The notes beneath the pieces are model-generated. The model saw only the letters and a program-made list of their open reading frames with translations. It did no database searches and was not told where the DNA came from. Source: Paragordius varius (taxonomy: Eukaryota; Animalia; Nematomorpha). Taken from it: a stretch of 64,000 nt of DNA. How positions within the stretch are numbered: the first letter of the stretch is position 1; each line of letters begins with the position of its first letter. Of this stretch, positions 34,915-47,905 are shown piece by piece. The DNA is taken from positions 2,170,001 through 2,234,000 of the forward strand of contig OZ176050.1 in the NCBI GenBank assembly GCA_964247055.1. Direction: 5' to 3'. Position numbers and translations under genes: made by a program.

Positions 34915-37557
34915 ATGCGTATGAAAATATACTTTTTTTCTACGATGAGAATTTACCAATTCAACAATTCTCACAAGGATTCGAATTCTACGTCGATAAA
35001 ACCAAAACTATTTTCCAATCCTAACAGCAATACAAAAAATATAAAGCCATTGCGTTTAAAACATATATTTCAAGTTTTTACGCAATATTCTATATATCTC
35101 TTGATAGGCATAAACCTTCGGTTATGGTATCAAGTTTTAGTTTGCCATATAAATATGTGTAATGATTGTGGTATTCAACGCTTTACTTTCCAATATCTTA
35201 AAAAAGGCCTACAAACAAATGTTAGGAATGAGCTTGATACAATATCTAACATCGTCATTTCAGCAAACGAGGAGAATAGTATGGAAGAATGCACATTGGA
35301 TCAGATCGAAAGATGCAACAAAGTATCGAGCTGTCCAGTTTGCCCGGAACACATGGAAAAACATCTCAAATCAAACGATATAGATCGCAGTAAACGGCAT
35401 ATCGAAACATCTTTCAGTAGTCTTTCTATTCCTTACCCCCATTCATCAGATGAATATTCAAAATCTAGTGAACACTCCAATGATAACAATAACGTTTATC
35501 GATATCAATATTTTGATGATTACTTTTTGTATGACACATTTGAAGCCGAACCCAAGATCCCACTTCCGGGTTATTATAAAAAAGTCATCAAACATATTGA
35601 AGACAGTGCTCTGAGGTAGGCAAAAATTAATGTGTTAATTATTTTTATCATTGATTTTTAAACTATTTGTTATAATTCGTCCCTAAATACCGAATCGGTA
35701 AGCCTCTTTTATCTAAAATATTCAAAGTTTAAATACCATAACAGCTAATAAGTTAACAAATCTTTATGTTTTATTAAAACGTCTAATGTTCAAAGATTTA
35801 AATCATCACCTTGATATCTAGATACATTTAATATAAGAAAAACGCAGGACACTCGTAAATTATTCATCAAAGAGTTAATTTAAATTATAAAAATACGAAT
35901 AAGCTACAAAAGCCGTTGTTTATACTGTTAAGAATTCTAATAAATTTACTTGTGTATGACCATGATTTAAATACCTTAATAGGTATCGTTCAAATATTTA
36001 CATGCTTAGTTAATTATAAAACAATTTATTGCACTAATGAGCGGATGACGTAAATTAGTTTTTGCTTTTATCAAGGAATTCCTATGGCCCCATTATATTG
36101 TATTATGTGAAGGTCTTTTTTATAATGTAATCTTAATTAAATTTACTTTTCAGGCATTTAAAATTATCATTTTGCGTGTTAGCCGAATTTTATCACAAAT
36201 CTAATTTTAGTGATTTAGGGATTAAAGTTTATACTATCATATAGGCTAATAAACCAAGGGAATAAACAACGCTGGCGCCTTCAAAAGATTCTGAATGGTT
36301 ACCTCCGACATGAATCTGGAATCGGGACATTTTACAAGATTGATTTGCGGTTTGCGAGAAACCTCAATAAAAATAATGGGAAAGGTGTTGAATTTATGAC
36401 TAAACGTTTACAATACACACATCCATTTGAACGCGTTTTTCTGTTATCTTCGGAGGAATTAAGTAATATTGTTTGGTTTTAATATACGCTTAAATAGGAA
36501 ATGAAGGTGGTGATATTATTCACGTTATTTTGCCATTGGCTGGGGGCAAAGATATACCACTCCGATTTAAAAAATTTCTTTTGGAACAATTCGGATTCGT
36601 AGGCCATTTAGGCCTAATACTGTACGTGGTTTTATTCGTGGAAGAAACGCCTGACATAGAATTATTGGAAATGAATCGGATTATTAAAGAATTTTCTGAA
36701 GAGCACACGGGAAACTACGAAATCAAGTAGGCTAACATTTTCCTCTACATATAAATAAAAGATTTCATACTTTTACAAACCATCAAAGTAGTTAACCTTT
36801 TTCAAAAAAATAAAAATTATTTGTGCTATAATTTTTGTTTTTCAACAATTTTTAAGGTTAATTTCTACGGAGGGAAGATTTAGCAGAGGCAAGGCCTTAC
36901 ACATTGGTGCAGAAGCGGTCGAGGGTGATAATCAGCTCATGTTCTTTTGTGATGCTGATATGACTCTCACACCCAAGTTTATTGAGAGATGTCGGCAAAA
37001 CACGCACTTAAATGGCCAAGTTTATTATCCTATCGTTTTAAGCCAATATAATCCTGAAATTGTTAGAAATTTTAGCGACTCGACATTCGATCCAAATGAT
37101 ATCTCTTCTAAAATAAGTGCTAACATCGGTAATACAATGATATTCTAAGTAAATAGGTCATTGGGTAAATTATGGTTTTGGATTAGTCTGCCTCTACAAG
37201 GCTGATTATAAAGCGGTAAACGGTTTTGACTTGAACATTACGGGTTGGGGAATGGAGGATGTCGATCTCTACGAAAAACATGTCAAACACCCACGAATAA
37301 AAGTATGCAAAATTAGACTTTTTTTTATTATTATACTTTTTTAGTAAGCTCTTTTTATTTTATGGGCAAAGGTTTTTAGAAGTCAGGATCCTGATTTAAT
37401 TCACATTTATCACGATAAATTGTGCGATTCTCGACTTAAACCACAACAGTTTCAAATGTGTATCGACACAAAATCTGAATCTTATGGCAATGAAGTCCAA
37501 CTTGGGCGCAAAGTTCTTACAACTATAGTTGATCAACATCTTGGCCCGTATTTTTGA
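34915..37557 (+). CDS. Chondroitin sulfate synthase-like GalNAc transferase (CHGN/GT7 domain); start codon uncertain
   Basis: GRFSRGKAL, LMFFCDADMT (DxD), VYYPIVLSQYNP, GHWVNYGFGLVCLYK, GFDLNITGWGMEDVDLY, VFRSQD...HIYHDKLCD and QFQMC, all close to the recalled CHSY1 C-terminal domain. Stop TGA at 37555-37557. Confidence 0.88.
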
Positions 37558-37604
37558 TATCAAAAAATATACAATTAATTTAACATATTTATTTTTTTTG
37601 TATC

Positions 37605-39846
<2,242 letters not shown>

Positions 39847-40236
39847 TTTAAATCAAATATATATTTTATCATATTATTATAATTTTCCGTTCACTTTTTT
39901 CTCACCTTATTCAAATTAACTTAATTTATAATGCCTTAAACTATTATTTTCCGCCTACTCTTTAAAAACAATTAACACTATTGATAACGAGAAATGTGAT
40001 AAAATTATATATAAATACATAAAACCAAATATAAATCATCAATTTATCATCAATGTAAATGACTGAACAAAAAACCTTGAAACAATGTTTTGTTTCAAAT
40101 GCATGAATAATACAAAAGTTTGTACTTTAATTTGACCTATAAAACAAACAATGACATAGTACTCTCCACCAATAATAATTTTTGCATGATAAAATGATTT
40201 CAATTTATCAATTTTCCAACCAAAATTTGATCTATT

Positions 40237-40562
40237 ATGCATTTAAATTTCGTTCTTATTGCGATGATAATGGCAAAGGTATATAAAAAATTTTAAGTTA
40301 ATAAAAGGTTACGGCCACATTTAATGGGCAAAGCGTGGATAATCATGAATATTTATTGATTGATAAAGAAAGGAATCTTTTTGCCTGTATGCCAAAGAAA
40401 TGGACAGCTTCTAATGCCTGGAACAGCCAAGATACTTATACCGCTTTTGAAATGTCAAAATTATGTGATGGATTTGAAGATTGTTTAGATGGAAAAGATG
40501 AAACTCAGGGATGTACCAAAAGGCAAGAATGGAATATTCGAGATATATATTTAAACAAATAA
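40237..40562 (+). CDS. Small (98 aa) secreted protein with an LDL-receptor class A-like motif
   Basis: ATG at 40237; a 29-nt phase-0 GT-AG intron (40279-40307) joins MHLNFVLIAMIMAK to VTATFNGQSV...FACMPKK...LCDGFEDCLDGKDETQGC. AATAAA lies directly at the stop. Confidence 0.7.
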
Positions 40563-40605
40563 TAAATATGCACCAAAATTATTTATTTCCATAAAAGAAT
40601 ATTAA

Positions 40606-42146
40606 TTAAGCAGCAGATGGAGTCTTGATTTTCGAAAGCATGAATTCCTTGTTAATGAGATGGACAGCATGATTAACGTGATTCATAACAGCTTCATTAT
40701 TGCGGGCCCACTCATCTTCGGCACTTGGGGTGGTCGTCGGTGTGGGTAAGCTTGTCATTTCCACAAAAGTTATTATATCTATGAAAAATAAATAAAAATG
40801 TAACTGTCCAAACGATCAATTTTGGCTTGAACCAATTTATCCACAACGGCTTTCTGCAAAAAAGTTTCGGTTTCCTCGATCGGCATAGAGAGCAATTGAG
40901 ACATTCGACTTAAACTGATTCTTTGATAGTAGATAGATAGTATTCTAATATTCTATAAAAGTTTTATAAACATAAATAAACATGTTCATTTATTCTATTT
41001 TTCATGTCCACATCCCATTCCAGTGTTAGGAAACAGGCAGGAATGGTGCCATATCCAGCAATATTTTTAATATCCGCAAAGTCTTGGCTAAATTTCTTAA
41101 AGTCAATAATTTCATTCGTAAGAAAACATTTTATTAACAATCTGAATAAAAGTTAAGCAATACTTAAATTTTGGTATATGGTCAATATTTTTATCTTTAC
41201 CAATTCGATTTAGCATATCTATCTGCTCGTTGGAATATTGCGCTAAAATTGTATAAATTATTATGTTGGATAAAATCTGAAATATATTTGGAGAATTATA
41301 CAAGGTCTTTAGTCTGCTTATCAATATCGATAGAAGGTAAATCGTATATGTATTTATAATGGGATGCAATCAAAAGATACTGCTTTTCATGTTGATACAA
41401 TTGAATCATTAATTCAAAATATTTCAATTTTAATTTATCATCCTTCAAATCTTGTAAAGTTTTTGAAGTGATTTTTTTGCTAATAATTTGCATCCGCAAA
41501 TAATCAGAATTTAAAATACACAAGCGCATTTGTTCAAGAATAAATTCAAATTTTTCAATCTTCTCCATAGCACCAAGTGTATCAATCTTAAATTATATTT
41601 TGTATAAGACCTGAACATCGTGTAAAACATCCATAGCTTCTTTTATTTTGCCTTGCGATTCTTTAATTTCAGAAAGGATTTTTGTCAAACGAGCGCGTTC
41701 AATTTCAACATATAGCTATTTTAGATTAAATAATAACTTTTCCCTGTGTAACTTCTCTTACTGTTTCAATTAAATCAAGTTTAACATTTAAATCATCAAT
41801 CTTTGATACATAAGTGCACACTTCTTGGATCAACTTAATAACTGCTTGCTTAAGTTGGTTGCGTTTTTTTGTGAAAACTTTCAAATTTTCATTCAACAAA
41901 ACCCATTTTTTATTTTCAAAACATATTTGGGCGATTGCAATCATAACTTTGGCTGTCGAATTCATATCACACGATGTTCTTGTAAGTTTTTCCATATTAC
42001 TTAACATGTTAATTGCTCCATCCAATTGTCCATTCTTAAATAAATAAAAATTAAACTTTTGCAAGTGATATGCAATCAGGAATTAGCTGATCGACTTCTT
42101 TGGAATAATCAATTTCCATTTTTTGAGTAGATAAAGCGTCCGTCAT
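40606..42146 (-). CDS. PSMD12: 26S proteasome non-ATPase regulatory subunit 12 (RPN5)
   Basis: [10 protein letters not shown]...[30 protein letters not shown]|[40 protein letters not shown]|[18 protein letters not shown] and HLINKE. Eight exons, seven introns of 22-29 nt. Confidence 0.97.
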
Positions 42147-43418
42147 GTTGATAGTCACGTTATTTTATGAAATGTACCCTTTTGTCAAATGATCTATGTG
42201 AAATATAAAAGAATGTTAAAGATTCACGGAATTAAAATATATAGTAAAAATACCAAGAAACGCGTATATATTATTTTTGAAAATGTGTTTATTTATTTAG
42301 TAATTACTAAAGCTTTGCTTAGTATAATAATACATTTTTTAAGGTAAATATATAATTGTTAAACAAAAAATCGATTTTCTATCACCCCAATTTACTAATC
42401 AATATCAATCACATGAGTATTAAGTAACAACCAAACATAATACTGATTTGCAGTGGCTTATGTTCCAATTAATTTATATGTTTTTAATAATGTCCATTAA
42501 CTTACAAGTATATAGGTGCATTGGTGTACATTCTAACACCACCTTTTTCTTGGATACAGTTGATATATATTAAGTGCATTTCAGATTCGCGTTTATCGCT
42601 TTAGTAGGGACATTGGCACTGTTAGTGGTTTCTTTGGATAAAATTGCTTGTCTTTTTTGGAGAGGGGTTGGGGTTGACAAGGTATTAGCGGGTGCGTAGC
42701 AGCACGTCATAGCGTTCAATCAGTTCATTAGTTTTCTGGTAGCGGCGAGGGTGTTATCCTAGTATAATGGTTAATCTTTTGCCTACTTTGCTTTCTTCCC
42801 TCGATCTTAGTTGATCGGCACTGTTTTCACAAGATATGCCATTTAAATCTAAAACTATCATTGTAAACTTTAAATTTCCCTCCCCATTTTAAACAGATTG
42901 AACATTTTGTATATCCTTTTTAACATTTCATATTCACCCTATAAATATATTATTTGTTTCTCTGTATTAACTCATTGTTGACACAAAATATTTGTTTTTG
43001 GCATGGTTTATCAATTTTTTTAAATCATAAACTATTTCATTATTAAAATATTGAAAATTAAAGGTATTAATTACACTGCGTTTAAAATCGAGCGTCACAA
43101 TAATTATTCTGATGAAATATATATATTCTGACGAGAATATGTTACACGATTCAAATAGTGGTATTGGTGTGGATATTGCCCTTAGAAAATGAAAAAATAT
43201 GAGCACATTTTAAATATTTTTTGATAACTCTATGCTTTATTCCAAAAAATATCGCTAAAAAATATATAAACTACTATAAAATATATAAAATATAAATTTT
43301 CCGATATATCTAAAGTTCTAATTTTTTGTCCTCTCTAAAGTAGAAAAGTTCTTTTAAAATAAACAAAAAAATGAGATTTAGGTAAAAAACGATTGCAAAA
43401 TTATGCAAAATGTTTACA

Positions 43419-44376
43419 TTAACACTCGGATACAACACATTAATTTCAGGCCTTCGATTCAAATTGGGGTAGTTGGATACCCCAGGCCTGTTTTAATTAA
43501 AATACTCCAAAGATGTGTAAGAAATTGAAACCATGCCAAAAGTTTGCACTATAACATTAATGAACCGAAAATTAAAGAAAAATTTTAAAAATACTTGATA
43601 TATTAAAATAATACAAATTTAACCACTTTTTCCGTTTCTATTAATGTTAGATGTGATTTAAACAAAAAATGAGCTTTAACTTTAGCTTTCAAATAATATA
43701 AACAGGATATATTGCAAAAACGTTGTAAAATAAAATGGCGCCTAAGTAGTTTCATATGGCACTTTTTTTACAAAACTAAATTTTATTAACACTTGGATAC
43801 AACACATTCATTTCAGTCCTTCGATTTAAATTCGTGATGTTAAATACCCCAGACCTGTTGTAAATTAAGTATTCAAAAAAATGAAAAATATGCACTTAAA
43901 TAACATTAATTAACCGAAAAATATAAAAATGTTTATTCAAAATACTTGATATAACTTAATTTAAGGTAAAACCGAAAGGTAAAAATTTAGTCAACATGAC
44001 ATGTGTTCATTAGCCAAATTTAAAAATAAAAAATAAACCACTTTTTCTGTTTATATCAATGTTAGATGTGTTTTAAATGAAAAAGTTGCTTTGATTTTAG
44101 CTTTAAAATTAAATCAACACGATATTTTACAAAAATGTTGCGAAATAAAAATGGCGTCAAAGTAATTTGATGTGAAACTTTTTTTTATCACTTTGAGTAG
44201 TTTTATAATATCAACTTTAAAATAGCCTGGGGTATTTAGATACCCCAATTATCGAAGTGTTAAGTATTTCGGGTTATTTATATAATTGTTTGGGACCCTT
44301 TCTTTCAGTAGTTTTTTAATAATAATTGAATATTGCCTGGGGTATTTATATACCCCAATTTAAATCGAAGTGTTAA
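43419..44376. mobile_element. TTAA-bounded (piggyBac-like) MITE with a second copy of the same family nested inside (43786-44263)
   Basis: Two left ends TTAACACT (43419, 43786) begin about 367 bp of homologous sequence. Two right ends AGTGTTAA end at 44263 and 44376. The ends carry the subterminal palindrome GGGGTA-N6-TACCCC (degenerate in the 43786 left end). Confidence 0.7.
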
Positions 44377-45367
44377 AAAAAGTTTTCCGTAATTTAATTT
44401 AAAGCAAAATTTTGTTGAAGCGTAGTTCATATATTTTCAGCCTGTTAAAACGGTATATATAAACGGTTTGTGATTTTATGAATTTTTTTTCTATATAATT
44501 AAGTGATCAGAACATTTCTATTCTATCACTTAAAATATATATAAAATGTTCGTCTGCTTTTAAATTTGTGCATATATTTGTAAAAAAATTATATTTAACA
44601 TAATTTGAAACCGAACGAATATTCTAATCAAAATACCGAGGTGATAAAATTGCATATCGTTATGGGAATAGTGTATTTATAATATCAAGTGATTCCACTC
44701 TGCTTCGGAACGCGTTACAACTCCATCACCGAAATCTTGTCATAAATTAATTTTTAAGTAAAATATCCATTTTTTCGGGAAATTTTTTTGATGTCAAAAT
44801 GTAGCAATATTTAAAATTTTTACCTCCCTGTCTTTAAATTGCATTCTTTAGGAGGGAGAAAGAATATGAAACTTTCAGATCCCACATTTAAAAATTAAAA
44901 TTTTATAAAAATATTGTTTTGATTTTTATATGATAATATAATTTAATGATTTTTAAAATGAAAGTTTTGATAAAAAAATTATTCAACTAATAAATGTGCG
45001 CAAATTTTGGTATTTTCTGATATGGAGCAGTTACCACTTTCTTACATACTCGAAAAGGCCGTAACCAAAAGCGCCATGATAATCCTGATAAATTTAAATC
45101 AGAAATACTTCATCCGATATTTTTCGTGGACGCTGTGTTTTAGTTGTTTTGTTATCAAAATTTAAAATAAATTAAATCATACAAGGCACTGATAATAATA
45201 AAATAACTAGATTTTATATTTTTTTACAAATGAATATTATTTAAAAATTACCGAAATAGATTAGTAAAGCGGCTTTATATCTGAGTTTATTTATCCTAGA
45301 CGCAAATAATTGTTTTTAGGGTGAAATGGTTAAGTGTGGATACGAAGTGTTCTAGGGTGAATTCAAG

Positions 45368-46025
45368 ATATACCATTTACACTTCAAGAGTGTCCTTGAA
45401 CAGTTCAAGTTGGTCCTTGAACAATTCAAGTTGGTCCTTGAACAATTCAAGTTGGTCCTTGAACAGTTCAAGTTGGTCCTTAAAATTTATAAATTTTGAT
45501 TTAATCATAATTATTGCATTTCTTTTTTTATTTAATTATTTATTAACCTAATTTTCTTTATTTATTATATATTTATTCATTTAAAAATAAATTTTTTTAT
45601 TGAAAAACCACTTTTTTTGTTTAAAACTATTTTTTTTCAATTGAACAATATTATTGACTTTTAAATGTTTTTAATGAAAAATTTTAATTAATAACCCAGA
45701 AAACTTATATAATTTTTCATTTCATGTTAAAATCTTATAAATATCCAAATTTATTTTAAGGAATTAATAAAGATATACGGTTTTTCAAAGATTAAAAGTT
45801 GATATCGATTTAAAATTTATGTTAAATAATAGAAAATAGGTTAAAAACAATAAAATAGACGAATTATTTTCGATTTGATTGATAAAAGTTATAAACAAAA
45901 CTAAAAAGTCAAAGGACCAACTTGAATTGTTCGAGGACCAACTTGAACTGTTCAAGGACCAACTTGAATTGTTCAAGGACCAACTTGAATTGTTCAAGGA
46001 GACTCTTGAAGTGTAAATGGTATAT
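45368..46025. mobile_element. Second foldback-like element with 21-bp tandem repeats in its arms
   Basis: Termini ATATACCATTTACACTTCAAGAGT and its reverse complement. Each arm has 4 copies of CCTTGAACA(A/G)TTCAAGTTGGT. The interior shares motifs with the 13677 element. Confidence 0.9.
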
Positions 46026-47905
46026 AAGTGGACAAATTAATCCTATGTCGGATATCATTTGCCCTTGTCACCATCCTGAGGTTGATTTATTTTTATATTT
46101 TAATATAACTTTTTCATTTTCATGGCAGTTCGTGATATAGATGTACATCGTTAAAAAAATCAATCTGTTCATGTTTTAATCTGATTTGTACGTTCTAATT
46201 ATTACGATATTCCTACAACTTATAGTTTATTTTTGTTTGTGTATCGCTTGCTTCTGGTGACTGATATTTAAAAATAAATATTATTCGTTCGACAATCCAT
46301 TCTTTGACGGTGCAGATGTTACATGTTAATACTCTTCTAAGTTTCCATCGTTATTTTAACTCACTGTAATTTGATGTAAAATTAAAATGTTTTCAGTTTT
46401 TTTCAACCTTCGAAAACCCTATCGGCTGAAACATTCCTTATAGGGTTAGATTCGCAAATATATTGATAATTAATCTCAATAATAAAATAAATATTTTTTA
46501 ATAATATCTATAAATGATTTTTATAATTATGAAAAGGATACGAGTCATAAATCTATTTTTTACTTTTTATTTTATCATAAAATTATAAATAAATTTTTAA
46601 AATTGGCTGGTATGCTAAAAATTAAATTAATTAGTTGCGATTCAAACATGAACAGTAGTATTCGAGTTGTCCTTATCTAAAAATAAAATTCAAAAGCAAT
46701 AGCCCATTATTTAACACTTAAGAAAAATCCACTTTTGTCAAATACCATATAATTTTTAATATTTTTAAAAACCATCATTTAATAAAGTCAGTCATGGGAA
46801 GTCCGATATAAAAAGAAATCAAAAATATAAATTATTTTATGGCTATTGGGCTTTGTAGAAAATGAAGAATAAAAACTTATATAAATCTTCCAATTTTCTT
46901 ATTAACTTTTGAAGGGGGAATGCCTAAAATATTCTGAATTATAGCAACCTAGCCACAAGATTTGGTCAAATTATAAATGCGATAAACATGATGAATTAGC
47001 GCACAAAATTTTAAACAACCACGATGACCTTTAATCTCATAAATTAAAATAAAAACTGCTGTAATTTGATTTGTTATTAAACAGATACATGCAAAATATC
47101 TCTTCTCCTGTATATTAATTGGAAAATTATGTAGCTACAAAGGCCTACATTTCATTCATATAAATTTGCAATCACTGTAATGATAAATGTGTGTGTTGAC
47201 TTGTAAATGTTAAGATATAAGATACATACATATATACATACATACATATAAATAGATAATAAGGCGATTGCTAATTAACTTTAAATTATGCGACAATGTT
47301 AAATTAGTGTTGTGCCTTCTTCGTTTCCATATTACAGCACAGCACAACAAAAACAACCAATTTAAAAACGATGATGGTGCCCCCATCTATTTCTAATTGA
47401 GATTTATGTCTTTTTCTTATCCTATTACATACACTCTACCTCAAAAACTGCAATCCCCTTTTTTCCTACGGCAGTTCACAACTTAACCAATCCATGTTGA
47501 AGATGTATCCAATTTTCACTTATATTGAAAAATTGTAACAAGTGTATGTGCATATTTTTTGTCATAGAGTTTTCCCACAAACTTCCTAAACACTAATTTC
47601 ATTTTCTTTGCATGCTAGTTATTATTTATACAAAATATACATATAATACTATTATTAATTTTGTAACAATACATCGGAAATTACCATATAAAAGATTAAA
47701 AATTTGTTCGCTACCACATTATTGCATAATTTTTGACAGTACATTAATAATTTTTTCTTTGATTGCTGTTAAGTAGCCAACGCCAACACACACTAAATTT
47801 TCAAGCGCTAAATTATTTTGTCATTTATAAAAAATAGTCATAAAACACTTTTAAAGTAACATTCCATCAATAATATCTATCAGCGCTTTCCTTTGATTTC
47901 GCACA

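Noticed and set aside
42664-42678. Minus-strand CAACCCCAACCCC resembling a ciliate telomerase RNA template
   Set aside because: A short match expected by chance, no supporting structure, and the wrong repeat for a typical animal telomere.
45321-46140. NNSSWSL / NCSRTNL repeat ORFs, or a CRISPR-like array
   Set aside because: Contiguous 21-bp tandem units with no unique spacers, arranged as inverted arms; eukaryotic context with no cas genes.
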